NCBI GenBank assembly: GCA_963662315.1
Contig: OY759353.1
Location: 960,001 to 1,024,000, forward strand
DNA from: Geopsychrobacteraceae bacterium
GTDB taxonomy: Bacteria > Desulfobacterota > Desulfuromonadia > Desulfuromonadales > Geopsychrobacteraceae
Reading direction: 5' to 3'
Length of the DNA: 64,000 nucleotides
The position numbers and the translations under genes were made by a program. Below are positions 1-10,851 of this stretch, piece by piece. The first letter of the stretch is position 1. Every line of letters begins with the position of its first letter. Under the pieces are notes generated by a model. That model had not been told where the DNA came from, searched no databases, and worked only from the letters and a program-made list of their open reading frames with translations.

Positions 1-110
1 GTCTTAATCGTTTTATTGCTTCGGTTCCAAGCGTAAATGACAAATGGTCTCAACTGTTTATAAAAGACCATAGAGACAGATCTAAACATTCAGGCTTTAA
101 CCTTCAATAT

Positions 111-812
111 TTATTCAAAAAAGCACTCCGCTATACATTCGTTCAGTTTTTTTAACACAGAGGGCATAGTCGCCTTGAAGTTTACCGCAAAGTCATTTTC
201 AGAGATCTGGATGACTTCGGCATTGATAACAAATTGGGTATTCATTTTCTTTTGATCCAAAAGGGAAAAAATCAGTTTGACCTCATCCCCCAAGGCTAAG
301 GTCTTAATCTCACTTTCGATAGAACACCCCCCCAGAGACAAAGTTAAAAGTGCACCGAGATAAATCTGATCTTTGCATTTAAATTCGATACTTTTATTCC
401 TCATTCTCATCTGCAGGTGCTGTCTGTTCGCACTTTCTTCCAAATATTTTTCAGCATCGTCCATGCTGTTGACATAAACGGGAACATAGCCTTGTTGCCT
501 TATGCTCAGGTTATTCATTTGGGTGTAGATTACACTTTTATCATTAACGACTCTGACAATGTCTTTCATGCCTTGCGTAACCAGAAATTGCATGATTTTC
601 AATAACACCGGAATAGCGGAATTGTGCCCAAAATTGACCAGAGTCAGATCATTAATTACGGAAAAGTTCGGTTTTAGTTCGGAAACGGCTTTGCGGATAT
701 CATTGAAAATCTCTTCAAGATCATCTTTCGTGACATAACCAACAAAGGCACAATAAAGCCTGTTCCTGCGTTTATTGATTTCAACCTTTGACTTGAGTCG
801 ATCTTCAGACAT
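111..812 (-). CDS. Protein with an N-terminal STAS/SpoIIAA-like domain and a C-terminal PilZ-like domain
   Basis: 233-aa ORF. The C-terminal beta-rich domain has LSLGGCSI (the D/NxSxxG motif) and AEVI...FAVNF. The RxxxR motif is degenerate (RQHLQ). Confidence 0.7.
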   Translation of the reverse strand: MSEDRLKSKVEINKRRNRLYCAFVGYVTKDDLEEIFNDIRKAVSELKPNFSVINDLTLVNFGHNSAIPVLLKIMQFLVTQGMKDIVRVVNDKSVIYTQMNNLSIRQQGYVPVYVNSMDDAEKYLEESANRQHLQMRMRNKSIEFKCKDQIYLGALLTLSLGGCSIESEIKTLALGDEVKLIFSLLDQKKMNTQFVINAEVIQISENDFAVNFKATMPSVLKKLNECIAECFFE

Positions 813-1223
813 ACGAAAAACCTTGGCAGAAAATACAATAAGAGTTCAAAAACTCCCTATCATAAATGAATATAAAATGTAAAAACAGAAGGAAAATTAA
901 GAAGGGTCCTATGGTCACAAGCCTTTTAAGTATAAAAGCACCTTGGATATCAAACAAGTCAGATCTGCCACCACCCTCAGAACCCTGAGCCTCCAACAGT
1001 TCCCCCTGCCGTTTACATTTCCTACTTATCTACTATAGTATATAAAAGAGGTTTACACTTAACTTCTTCGTCACGGAACAACAAATTCAGAAGCATAGAG
1101 AATCATTCCGGTCATAAAACATTGAGACACCTGTGCTATCAAGATTATTCAAGTTGGATGGAAGGCCGACCATAGTAAGGGGGCAGAGAAGATAACAGAT
1201 AGAAGACTCAAAGAGGAGGCCTT

Positions 1224-3605
1224 ATGCTGATCTTGTTGATGCTACTTCTGACGATCTGGCTGTTACTTGTTTATGAAGCATCATTAGCCATACATAGCGT
1301 GGCAACGGGTCTTTTTGTCATCCTTGTGTGTTGGCACTGGCCCCTACCCGTCCAGATAGCCATCTGGGCATTATTTCTGATTGGCGCATTGTTGTTTAAC
1401 GTCAAGCAACTGCGCAAACCTTTTATCACCAAGCCGGTTCTGGCGTTTTTTCGCAAAATCAAACCACAGTTGTCAGAGACTGAGCAGGCAGCCCTTAATG
1501 CCGGCGACGTCTGGTGGGACGGCGAGCTGTTCAGCGGCCGCCCGGACTATCAGAAGCTCCTTGATACACCAGAGGCAACACTGACCAAACAGGAGCAGGA
1601 TTTCATCGATGGCCCCGTCAGCCAGCTGTGTGAAATGCTTGATGACTGGGACATCACTCACCAACGTCAAGACCTGCCTCCCGAGGCCTGGAAATTCATC
1701 AAGGACAAAGGCTTCTTTGCTCTGATTATCCCGAAACAGTACGGGGGACTTGAATTTTCCCCGACCGCAAATTCACACATTATCACCAAATTGGCCACCC
1801 GCAGCCTGACGGCCGCTGTCACGGTGATGGTTCCGAACTCACTCGGCCCGGCTGAGTTACTCCTCCATTACGGAACCCAGCAGCAGCGTGATTATTATCT
1901 ACCGCGTTTGGCATCGGGCCAGGAGATTCCCTGCTTTGCCCTGACCAGTCCTCAAGCGGGCAGCGACGCCGCGTCAATTCCTGATCGTGGTGTTGTCTGT
2001 CATGGTCAATGGCAAGGCCAGCAGGTCATCGGCATGAAACTGAACTGGGACAAGCGCTATATCACCCTCGGTCCGGTTGCTACCTTGCTGGGGCTGGCAT
2101 TTCGGCTTTATGACCCGGATCATCTGCTCGGTCCTCAAACTGACCTTGGCATTACCTGCGCCCTGATTCCCGCCGCTACTCCCGGGATTGACATTGGCAG
2201 ACGACACAATCCGCTCAATGTACCGTTTATGAACGGTCCTAATCAGGGGCACGATGTCTTTGTGCCACTTGATATGATCATCGGCGGTCAGGATGGTGCG
2301 GGAAAAGGTTGGCAAATGCTCATGCAATGCCTGTCAGCCGGCCGCGCTATTTCCCTGCCAGCACTCAGCCTCGGCGCCGCAAAACTGGTCTCCCGGGATA
2401 CCGGAGCTTACGCTGCGGTCCGCCGTCAATTCGGCCTGGCTATCGGCCGTTTTGAAGGGATTGAAGAAGTTCTGACCCGAATCGCCGGGGAAACATGGCT
2501 GATGAATGCCACCCGCGATTTGACCTGTGCCGCATTAAATCTGGGCAAGCAACCGGCCGTTATATCAGCCATTGTCAAACAAAATATGACAGAACGTATG
2601 CGCTCCGTTGTGAATGACGCCATGGATATTGAGGGGGGAAAAGGGATCTGCATGGGTCCCAACAACCACTTGGCTGCAGCCTATCAGGCAATACCAATCG
2701 GCATCACGGTGGAAGGGGCAAATATCTTGACCCGTAGCATGATTATCTTCGGTCAGGGGGCAATCCGCTGTCATCCCTGGGTGGTCAGAGAACTACAGGC
2801 CGCTGAGAATCCTAACAAGAGTGAAGGCCTGGAGCAATTTGATCATGCGTTCTGGGCTCATGTCGCCCTCAGCTTGCGTAATGCAGCATCGGCCTTGTTT
2901 TATGGCCTGACGGCCGGAATCTTCATCTCCACCCCTGAGTCGCGTCACAAACGGGTCTACCAACATCTGACTCGCTTCAGCACAGCATTTTCTCTCACTA
3001 GTGATGTCCTGATGGCGACCCTCGGTGGAAGTCTTAAGCTGAAAGAAAAATTAACGGGGCGCATGTCTGACATCCTTAGTGAGATGTACCTGCTTTCGGC
3101 CGCATTAAAAGCGGTTGAAGCTGATTCAACTGTTGACCAGACTGCGTTGTTCGAGTGGAACTGCCAACACTCGTTCGACAAGATCCAATCCAGCTTTATC
3201 GCGATTACCAGCAATCTGCCCAAACCACTCGGCTGGTTGCTCAGAGCCCTGATCTTTCCGCTGGGGCAGCATTATTGCCCCCCCTCCGATGCGTTAGGCA
3301 AGCAGGTCGCTGGAGCAGTATTAACTCCTGGACCGCTGCGTGACCTGCTGACCTCAGGTCTGTATCGATCAAACAAACAAGATGCTCCGGATTTCATTCT
3401 TGAAGAAGCTTTTCTTCTTACTGTCGCGATTGATCCTCTGGAAAAGACCCTGCGTCATGCGGTTAAAGCTGGAAAATTAGACCAGCACCACGGTGAGCTG
3501 CTGAACCAGGCCGTGGAACATGGAATTCTTACCCAGGAACAAGCTCAACAACTGATGCGTGCCCGGCAATTGCGTGACCGGGTTATCGCAGTGGACGCTT
3601 TCTAG
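1224..3605 (+). CDS. fadE: Acyl-CoA dehydrogenase, FadE type (N-terminal TM segments, C-terminal DUF1974-like extension)
   Basis: GGAGG RBS. Motifs VPNSLGPAELL, PCFALTSPQAGSDA, WDKRYITL, RRQFG..IGRFEGIEE and ITVEGANILTR. Confidence 0.95.
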   Translation: MLILLMLLLTIWLLLVYEASLAIHSVATGLFVILVCWHWPLPVQIAIWALFLIGALLFNVKQLRKPFITKPVLAFFRKIKPQLSETEQAALNAGDVWWDGELFSGRPDYQKLLDTPEATLTKQEQDFIDGPVSQLCEMLDDWDITHQRQDLPPEAWKFIKDKGFFALIIPKQYGGLEFSPTANSHIITKLATRSLTAAVTVMVPNSLGPAELLLHYGTQQQRDYYLPRLASGQEIPCFALTSPQAGSDAASIPDRGVVCHGQWQGQQVIGMKLNWDKRYITLGPVATLLGLAFRLYDPDHLLGPQTDLGITCALIPAATPGIDIGRRHNPLNVPFMNGPNQGHDVFVPLDMIIGGQDGAGKGWQMLMQCLSAGRAISLPALSLGAAKLVSRDTGAYAAVRRQFGLAIGRFEGIEEVLTRIAGETWLMNATRDLTCAALNLGKQPAVISAIVKQNMTERMRSVVNDAMDIEGGKGICMGPNNHLAAAYQAIPIGITVEGANILTRSMIIFGQGAIRCHPWVVRELQAAENPNKSEGLEQFDHAFWAHVALSLRNAASALFYGLTAGIFISTPESRHKRVYQHLTRFSTAFSLTSDVLMATLGGSLKLKEKLTGRMSDILSEMYLLSAALKAVEADSTVDQTALFEWNCQHSFDKIQSSFIAITSNLPKPLGWLLRALIFPLGQHYCPPSDALGKQVAGAVLTPGPLRDLLTSGLYRSNKQDAPDFILEEAFLLTVAIDPLEKTLRHAVKAGKLDQHHGELLNQAVEHGILTQEQAQQLMRARQLRDRVIAVDAF

Positions 3606-3614
3606 GAGCCCAAA

Positions 3615-4955
3615 ATGACTCGTACACACGATCACTCAGCTCATAAAGATGAAAGACGCCCTGTCTATATTATTGACGGGGCTCGAACTCCGTTTCTAAA
3701 AGCTCAGGGTACACCTGGCCCATTCAGCGCTGCCGATCTTGCCGTCGCAGCAGGACGCCATCTTTTGTTGCGCCAACCATTTAGGGCCAGTGAATTGGAC
3801 GAAGTGATTCTTGGTTGTGTCATCCCGGCGGCAAGCGAGGCCAATATCGCCAGGGTCGTCTCGTTGCGTCTCGGCTGCGGCGAACGCGTTACCGCCTGGA
3901 CAGTACAGCGTAACTGCGCCTCGGGGATGCAGGCCCTCGCCAGCGCCGCTGAACGGATCAGCCACGGTTACGCTGATCTGATTGTGGCTGGCGGAACTGA
4001 GGCCATGAGCCACGCACCGCTACTTTGGAATCGGACGATGGTTGACAAACTGGCCGCATTGCAACAGGCAAAAAAACTCAGCCAGCGCCTTAAAATTATC
4101 AGTTCCATGCGCCCTAAAGATTTTAAGCCGGTCATAGCCCTGCTACAGGGATTGACCGATCCCACCACGAATCTGACGATGGGGCAAACCGCTGAAAATC
4201 TGGCCGATCGTTTTCAGATTACCCGTCAGAGGATGGATGAGTTTTCGCTTCGCAGTCACGCACGGCTGGCCCAGGCCACCGATGAGCACAAGTTTCCGGA
4301 AATGGTTCCCCTTTACACACCGACAGGAGAATATATCCAGCATGACCAAGGGTTAAGGCGCGATGGAGATCTGACCAAGTTAGGACAGTTAAAAGCGGTC
4401 TTTGATCCTCCTTACGGGCGCATCAGCGCAGGAAACAGCGCTCAGGTCACCGATGGAGCAGCCCTGCTGCTCCTTGCCAGTGAGCATGCCGTAGAACGTT
4501 ACCAGCTTCCAGTTAGCGGAGAAATCCTTGATACGTCATGGGCGGGACTTGACCCTGCACAGATGGGTTTGGGACCTGTTTATGCCATGGATGATCTGCT
4601 CCACAAGCACCCACAGTTAACTGACAAAATCGGGCTATGGGAAATTAACGAGGCCTTTGCGGCCCAGGTTCTGGCCTGCCTTGCCGCAATTGAAGATAAA
4701 GAATGGCAGCACCGGGAACTTGGTCACCAAACAAGCGTACCACTCATTGACCCACAACACCTTAATGTCAATGGCGGCGCCATCGCCATCGGCCATCCAG
4801 TTGGAGCAAGCGGAGCTCGTATTGTCTTGCAACTGTTACAGGCATTGAAACAGCAGCAAAAAAGTTACGGGATCGCTTCACTGTGTATTGGTGGTGGCCA
4901 GGGTGGTGCCATGTTGATTCGTGCGACAGGAAATCACGGGAAAGGAGGCCAATGA
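3615..4955 (+). CDS. fadI: Acetyl-CoA C-acyltransferase (3-ketoacyl-CoA thiolase)
   Basis: Motifs RNCASG, NEAFA, GHPVGASG and CIGGGQG. Lies in the fad operon. Confidence 0.92.
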   Translation: MTRTHDHSAHKDERRPVYIIDGARTPFLKAQGTPGPFSAADLAVAAGRHLLLRQPFRASELDEVILGCVIPAASEANIARVVSLRLGCGERVTAWTVQRNCASGMQALASAAERISHGYADLIVAGGTEAMSHAPLLWNRTMVDKLAALQQAKKLSQRLKIISSMRPKDFKPVIALLQGLTDPTTNLTMGQTAENLADRFQITRQRMDEFSLRSHARLAQATDEHKFPEMVPLYTPTGEYIQHDQGLRRDGDLTKLGQLKAVFDPPYGRISAGNSAQVTDGAALLLLASEHAVERYQLPVSGEILDTSWAGLDPAQMGLGPVYAMDDLLHKHPQLTDKIGLWEINEAFAAQVLACLAAIEDKEWQHRELGHQTSVPLIDPQHLNVNGGAIAIGHPVGASGARIVLQLLQALKQQQKSYGIASLCIGGGQGGAMLIRATGNHGKGGQ

Positions 4956-6913
4956 TGAAGACAGGAACACTTAATCACTGGTCATGGGTTATTGATGCCG
5001 ACAACATTCTGCATGTGACAATAGACCGGGCGGACAAATCACAAAACAGCCTGTCCAGTGATGTTCTGAAGGAGTTTGCCGAACTCATTACTAATATGGA
5101 ACGCCTGAAACCAAAGGGCGTTGTGCTGCGCTCCGGCAAACAGCATAGTTTTATTGTTGGTGCCGACGTTGCGGAATTTACTGATTTTGCCGATCCCGTT
5201 CAGGTCAGCGCCTATATAAAAAGCGTCCATGCGACGCTGCAACGGCTGGAGGATCTGCCGTTTCCCGTATTAGCTGTCATCGACGGTCCCTGCCTCGGCG
5301 GTGGTCTGGAACTGGCACTTGCCTGCCGCTACCGCCTGGCCGTTGATGACGACCGGACCATACTGGGTTTTCCGGAAGTAAAGCTTGGTATTCATCCGGG
5401 CTTTGGAGGCACCGTCCGCTCCATCCGTCAGTGCGGTTCCCTACCGGCCCTGGAGCTGATGCTGTCGGGCCGCAATCTGACGGCATACCAGGCTTTCAAG
5501 CTGGGGCTGGTTGATGCGGCAGTGCCGCGCCGGGTTGTTGACAATGCCATTGCCAGCATCCTCTCCGCAGGGGTTAAACCACGAAAATCCAGTTGGAGTA
5601 CGCGCCTGACCGACCTGGCTGCCCTGCGTGCGCCTATTGCAGCTTTGCTGAAATCTAAGGTGAAGGGCAAGGCCGACCCGCGCCACTACCCTGCCCCTAA
5701 TGCATTGATTGATTTGTGGCGTCAGCATGCCGGACATACTGATGCAATGTATCATGCAGAAGCTGAATCGATTGCGCGCTTGATCTGCGGAAGTGTCGCT
5801 CAGAACCTGATCCGCGTGTTTTTCCTCCAGACCCAACTTAAGGGACAAAAAAGCGAAGGGGATCCAATCCGCAAAATTCATGTTATTGGCGCCGGAAATA
5901 TGGGTCGGGATATTGCGTCATGGTGCGCATTGCAAGGGTTGCAGGTCACCTTACAGGACCTGGACAACCAAGTCTTGGCCGATGCCGTTACCAGCGCCAA
6001 CAAGCTGTTCCGGACAAAACTAAAGAAACATCACTTGATTCAAGCCGCTCACGATCGCCTGCAGATTGATCAAGACGGGCTTGCCGTTCCCCACGCAGAC
6101 CTGGTTATTGAAGCCATTGTTGAAAACCGCACCATCAAAGAACAGGTATTGAAAAACGTCGAAGCGAGAATGAACCCTACGGCAATCCTGGCCAGCAACA
6201 CCTCCAGCATCCCCCTGGAAGATTTGGCGGCTTGCCTTGAGAATCCGCAACGATTTGTCGGCATCCATTTTTTCAACCCCGTGGCCAAAATGCCACTGGT
6301 TGAAATTGTTGCCGCCCAGACATCGGACCCAGCAGCACTCAGCAGGGCCACCGGTTTTGTCAAACAGATCAAACATCTGCCCTTGCCGGTCAAAAGTGCC
6401 CCGGGGTTTCTGGTCAACCGGATTCTAATGCCCTACCTGATGGCTGCGGTACAACTGGTCGAACAAGGCTATGACCGTGACAGCATTGATCAGGCCGCCC
6501 TGGATTTTGGTATGCCGATGGGGCCTCTGCATCTTGCGGACAAGGTTGGTTTGGATATTTGTCAATCGGTAGCCGAAACCTTTGCAACCTATTTTAATCA
6601 TCCAATTCCCGCCATATTGACACAAATGATAGACGACGGATATCTGGGGATAAAAAGCGGACAAGGTTTTTTCAATTATCACAATGGTCACCGGAAGAAA
6701 TCCTGGCTGAAGACGCTGAGACCCGTAAAAGCGCAACCAGAGCTGGTTGATAAATTGTTAGATCCTCTGCTCGCGGAAGCGCAGGCGTGTCTGGATGAAG
6801 GGATCGTCAGCAGCGCAGATCTGGTCGATGCAGGAATGATTTTCGGTAGCGGGTTTGCCCCCTTCACCGGCGGCCCCCTTCATTACCGTAATTCACCGGC
6901 GAATGCTCCATAA
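4952..6913 (+). CDS. fadJ: Multifunctional enoyl-CoA hydratase / 3-hydroxyacyl-CoA dehydrogenase
   Basis: GGAGG RBS and an ATGA overlap with the thiolase stop give a start at 4952. Motifs CLGGGLELALAC, PEVKLG, GAGNMG, NTSS, HFFNP and PGFLVNRIL. Confidence 0.93.
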   Translation: MMKTGTLNHWSWVIDADNILHVTIDRADKSQNSLSSDVLKEFAELITNMERLKPKGVVLRSGKQHSFIVGADVAEFTDFADPVQVSAYIKSVHATLQRLEDLPFPVLAVIDGPCLGGGLELALACRYRLAVDDDRTILGFPEVKLGIHPGFGGTVRSIRQCGSLPALELMLSGRNLTAYQAFKLGLVDAAVPRRVVDNAIASILSAGVKPRKSSWSTRLTDLAALRAPIAALLKSKVKGKADPRHYPAPNALIDLWRQHAGHTDAMYHAEAESIARLICGSVAQNLIRVFFLQTQLKGQKSEGDPIRKIHVIGAGNMGRDIASWCALQGLQVTLQDLDNQVLADAVTSANKLFRTKLKKHHLIQAAHDRLQIDQDGLAVPHADLVIEAIVENRTIKEQVLKNVEARMNPTAILASNTSSIPLEDLAACLENPQRFVGIHFFNPVAKMPLVEIVAAQTSDPAALSRATGFVKQIKHLPLPVKSAPGFLVNRILMPYLMAAVQLVEQGYDRDSIDQAALDFGMPMGPLHLADKVGLDICQSVAETFATYFNHPIPAILTQMIDDGYLGIKSGQGFFNYHNGHRKKSWLKTLRPVKAQPELVDKLLDPLLAEAQACLDEGIVSSADLVDAGMIFGSGFAPFTGGPLHYRNSPANAP

Positions 6914-6933
6914 AAGGTCAAAAGGAGGTCGTC

Positions 6934-8733
6934 ATGACAAAACTTGATGTGATCAGCCCCAATGAAGCACGGACGCTTCCGGCTCTTTTTAAGGAGCGCG
7001 TAAAGCGTTCAGCAAACCAGATTGCCTACCGTTATTTCTGTGACCAATCTTCGGAATGGCGTCAGGTCACCTGGCAGGAAACAAGCGCACAGGCAGCGCG
7101 TTGGCAACAGGCCCTGGCAGCAGAAAACCTGCAAAAAGGTGACCGGGTTGCTGTCATGTTAAAAAACAGTCTGGAATGGGTTCTGTTCGACTTTGCCGCC
7201 AGTGGTCTGGGATTGGTTACCGTCCCCCTGTATGTCAATGATCGTCCTGAAAATTTTGCCTATATTCTCCAGTCAACTGAAACCAGGGTTCTGTTGACCG
7301 GAGGCAGTGAACAATGGAACAGGATAGAAGAAGTCAGCGATCGACTGAGCAGCGTGCAGCGCATTGTCACCCTGCAAACCGTTTGCGAAGTCGATTGCGA
7401 TCCGCGCCTGCGCCAGCTGGATGACTGGTTGTCAGAAACAACAGACGGTGACTACCAGACTCTGGCCGATGATCCCCACAGTCTGGTAACGATTGTTTTT
7501 ACATCAGGCACAACCGGACCACCCAAAGGCGTAAAACTCAGCCATGACAACATCCTCCAAAATGCCTATGCCGGTCTGCAAATGGTTCCGGTCTATCAGG
7601 ATGACCAGTTCCTGTCCTTTTTGCCGCTATCGCACATGCTGGAGCGCACGGCAGGTTATTATATTCCGGTTATGACCGGGGCTTGCGTAGCGTTTGTTCG
7701 TTCCATCGACCTGTTAGCCCAGGATCTGCTGACCATCAAACCGACTATCCTGGTGACCGTTCCACGTATATTCGAAAGAATTTACAATAAAATGACCCTG
7801 AAGCTGGCAGATGAATCCTGGCTGGCCCGCAAGATATTCCAACTGGCGGTCTTTTCTGGCTGGCATCATTTCCAGTATCACCGCAACCGTGAACCATGGG
7901 CCATCCAGTTGCTGATCTGGCCACTATTAAAGCTCATTGTCGGCCGAAAACTTGAGCAGCGCCTGGGGGGCCGGTTACGTCTGGCCATAAGCGGTGGAGC
8001 ACCTCTTTCCCCACCGATTGCGCAGACATTTATCGGGCTGGGAATAACTATTCTTCAGGGCTATGGGCTGACGGAAACAAGTCCGATCATCTCCGTCAAC
8101 ACCATGCAGGACAATCAGCCACTCAGTGTTGGAAAACCCTTGCCTGGAGTATCGATAATGATCGGTGCCAGCCAAGAACTTTTGATCAAAGGTCCCAATG
8201 TTATGCTTGGATACTGGAATACGGAGGAGTCAATCATCGATCAGGACGGCTGGTTGCATACCGGTGACAAAGTCAGGATCGACAGAAAAGGCCGCATTCA
8301 TATTACCGGGCGCATAAAAGATATTATCGTCCTGTCCAGTGGCGAAAAGGTACCCCCAGAAGACCTCCAACTCGCCATTGCCACGGACCCTCTGTTTGAG
8401 CAGGTGTTGGTCGTTGGTGAACAACGTCCGGCCATGACTGCCGTTGTCGTGGTCAACCCAAGCCAGTGGAAACTGCTTGCCCAGCGACTGAACCTGAACC
8501 CTGATGACGAAGCATCTTTAAATTCACCTCCAGCCAAGCAAGCGTTCCTTGAAAAAATAGCCTTTCGTCTGAAAGAATTTCCTGGCTACGCCAAGATCTA
8601 CCGCGTGCATGCAACCCTTGCCCCCTGGGATATTGATTCTGGACTGATAACGGCAACGTTGAAAATTCGCCGTAAACAGGTGTTGGAAAAATTCCATGAT
8701 GCCATTGAACAACTATACGCTCAAATGCGTTAA
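6934..8733 (+). CDS. fadD: Long-chain fatty acid-CoA ligase (AMP-dependent synthetase)
   Basis: Motifs FTSGTTGPPKG, QGYGLTET, GWLHTGD and GRIKDII. GGAGG RBS. Confidence 0.92.
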   Translation: MTKLDVISPNEARTLPALFKERVKRSANQIAYRYFCDQSSEWRQVTWQETSAQAARWQQALAAENLQKGDRVAVMLKNSLEWVLFDFAASGLGLVTVPLYVNDRPENFAYILQSTETRVLLTGGSEQWNRIEEVSDRLSSVQRIVTLQTVCEVDCDPRLRQLDDWLSETTDGDYQTLADDPHSLVTIVFTSGTTGPPKGVKLSHDNILQNAYAGLQMVPVYQDDQFLSFLPLSHMLERTAGYYIPVMTGACVAFVRSIDLLAQDLLTIKPTILVTVPRIFERIYNKMTLKLADESWLARKIFQLAVFSGWHHFQYHRNREPWAIQLLIWPLLKLIVGRKLEQRLGGRLRLAISGGAPLSPPIAQTFIGLGITILQGYGLTETSPIISVNTMQDNQPLSVGKPLPGVSIMIGASQELLIKGPNVMLGYWNTEESIIDQDGWLHTGDKVRIDRKGRIHITGRIKDIIVLSSGEKVPPEDLQLAIATDPLFEQVLVVGEQRPAMTAVVVVNPSQWKLLAQRLNLNPDDEASLNSPPAKQAFLEKIAFRLKEFPGYAKIYRVHATLAPWDIDSGLITATLKIRRKQVLEKFHDAIEQLYAQMR

Positions 8734-8895
8734 GTCACCGGTTTAAAGTAGAAAGGCAAATTCAGTTCCCACCTCTCCCGATCATGACTGAGCCTTCATT
8801 CATGATCGACAAAAAATGATAAACTTATCAGTACGAAGGCACGAGCGACCAGGTGAAGTTTCTTTAACCACCGGTATTTCAGGAAGGGAGGCTAT

Positions 8896-9069
8896 ATGAA
8901 AGACAGCATTGTCAGACTGAAAAACCTCTGTGAAATTCTGCTGAATATGGGAGTTACCCAAACGCCTAATGATCAGGAAATCAAAAAAATGATTTTGGAG
9001 CTGGAAGCAACAATTGTTAAGGAAATGGAATTATTAAAGGAAAGAGTATCACAGTCAGAATTTGAATAA
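8896..9069 (+). CDS. Small helical hypothetical protein, 57 aa (MKDSIVRLKNLCEILL...)
   Basis: Translated by hand because it is below the ORF-track cutoff. Strong GGAGG RBS, followed by a terminator hairpin. Confidence 0.55.
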   Translation: MKDSIVRLKNLCEILLNMGVTQTPNDQEIKKMILELEATIVKEMELLKERVSQSEFE

Positions 9070-9106
9070 ATTTCACCGCGAATAGTGCGTTGAAATAGCC
9101 AACATT

Positions 9107-9143
9107 CCCCCTGCAGAGCAGACAGAAGCACCCTGCAGGGGGG
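9107..9143. terminator. Hairpin between convergent genes
   Basis: Inverted repeat CCCCCTGCAG...CTGCAGGGGG. Confidence 0.6.
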
Positions 9144-9153
9144 CTACCAATAA

Positions 9154-10251
9154 TCAGAATTTCTCTTTCTTGATCCGCCTTACGAGAAGAGATACCTCTT
9201 TCCAGCGCTCTTTCTCAACCCGATCAGCACTTTTATTTTGGCGCTGAGCCTGGTAGGCGAGTTCGCGCTTCATTTTTTGGTAATTTTCCAACCGTTCAGC
9301 CGGGATATCTCCTCGCTCAACAGCCGCCTGGACCTGACATCCGGGTTCGTGAATATGACTGCAATCAACAAAGCGGCACTTAAGTCCAAGTGCTTCAATT
9401 TCTGGGAACACCGCCTCCATTCCCTGAGAACCGTCCCAAAGACCAATTTCACGAATGCCAGGGTTATCAATTATAACCCCACCCTGCGGCAACAGGATCA
9501 AGTCCCGCGACGTAGTAGTATGTTTACCTTTACCAACCTGAGCACTGACTGCGCCAGTAACCTGCACATCGGTTCCATACAAACGATTTACCAGTGTCGA
9601 CTTTCCTGCGCCTGAAGAACCCAGCAGGGTCACCGTTTGTCCGGGAGCGAGATAAGCCCCTAAGGCCTTAAGACCACTATCATCATCCGCAGAGACCAAA
9701 ACGACAGGCACACCGTATGCGACCGCTTCAACCTCAAGCAAGAATGAATCCGGGTCCAAGTGCAGATCGGCTTTGGTCAGCACGATAACCGGAGTCAACG
9801 CACAGTTGTAAATCAGCGTCAGATAACGTTCGATACGCCTTATATTAAAATCGCGATCGAGACCACAGACGATGAAGACCGTATCCAGGTTTGCTGCAAT
9901 CACCTGCTCTTTTTGAGTTATTCCGCTATGTCGCTCGTGGGTCCCGGCGGCACCCCGCACTAAAACATTCTTGCGCTTCAATACTTTGCTTATCACCTGG
10001 TCAGCTACCAGAACCCAATCCCCGGCAGCAGGATAAAGCCCTTCGGTATTATTCCTGAGTTTACCGGCCATGGTTGCGGTCCATTCTCTCTGGCCGTCAC
10101 TGACTCGAAAACTGTTTTTATATACGCCAATGACTCTGGCAGGAGACAGCCTGTCCGTAGGATTGTCTTCCAACTGATTTTGAAAAAACAGATTCCAGCC
10201 GAACTTTAATAGACTACGTTGTTCTTCATTTATATTTATTTGATTATTCAT
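9154..10251 (-). CDS. rsgA: Ribosome small subunit-dependent GTPase A (circularly permuted GTPase)
   Basis: Motifs TKAD, GSSGAGKST, GKHTTT and DNPG, plus the Zn site CRFVDCSHIHEPGC. Confidence 0.93.
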   Translation of the reverse strand: MNNQININEEQRSLLKFGWNLFFQNQLEDNPTDRLSPARVIGVYKNSFRVSDGQREWTATMAGKLRNNTEGLYPAAGDWVLVADQVISKVLKRKNVLVRGAAGTHERHSGITQKEQVIAANLDTVFIVCGLDRDFNIRRIERYLTLIYNCALTPVIVLTKADLHLDPDSFLLEVEAVAYGVPVVLVSADDDSGLKALGAYLAPGQTVTLLGSSGAGKSTLVNRLYGTDVQVTGAVSAQVGKGKHTTTSRDLILLPQGGVIIDNPGIREIGLWDGSQGMEAVFPEIEALGLKCRFVDCSHIHEPGCQVQAAVERGDIPAERLENYQKMKRELAYQAQRQNKSADRVEKERWKEVSLLVRRIKKEKF

Positions 10252-10469
10252 TGCTTTAAACCTACCTGTTGTTATGGGCAATAATCTCTCAAGCTAGCAG
10301 AGATAATTAATCATCATTTTCGGAAAATGTTTTGAATTAATAATGAGTTGCAGGAAGTAGGCACAGCTATAGGGAGTGATTCTCAATCAGAGAACTGCAA
10401 AGATACCGAAGAGAAACTTCGGCCATTAAGAACTTGCTAAATGTCAGAAACGATATTGCAGACCAATGA

Positions 10470-10529
10470 TCAAGCTGCTGCCACAACAACGGCAACCATT
10501 GATACAATATCCATCAGTTTGTTGAACAT
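10470..10529 (-). other. Candidate leader peptide (uORF) MFNKLMDIVSMVAVVVAAA upstream of rsgA
   Basis: 19-codon ORF with a GAGG RBS, downstream of a TGATAAT -10-like element. Hairpins lie between it and rsgA. Confidence 0.45.
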
Positions 10530-10851
10530 CCAACCTCGTTTAGGTTCAGGGTTAATTTGAAAACAGTCAAAGATTATCATGCACCATGCAAAAAATCACT
10601 GTTTAAAGCGGATTTGAATATGGAACAAACGCTCGAAAAACGCTATAAGTGATTTTATTATCGATATTATGCCTTAAAAAACGGCCCCCTACCCTACTCC
10701 CTTTGAATATAAGTGTACTTTCCGAAAGTCAGGGGGGAGATGTGGTAAGAAACACCTAATATAAGTACAATTTCAGCAACCGCCTTGCGTGTTATAACAT
10801 GGTCAATATTACGTGTATTACATGTTGGCAAAACAAAGAGAGGGGAATCTC

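Noticed and set aside
805..996. 63-aa ORF upstream of the PilZ gene
   Set aside because: It lies in an AT-rich divergent promoter region and has no support as a coding sequence.
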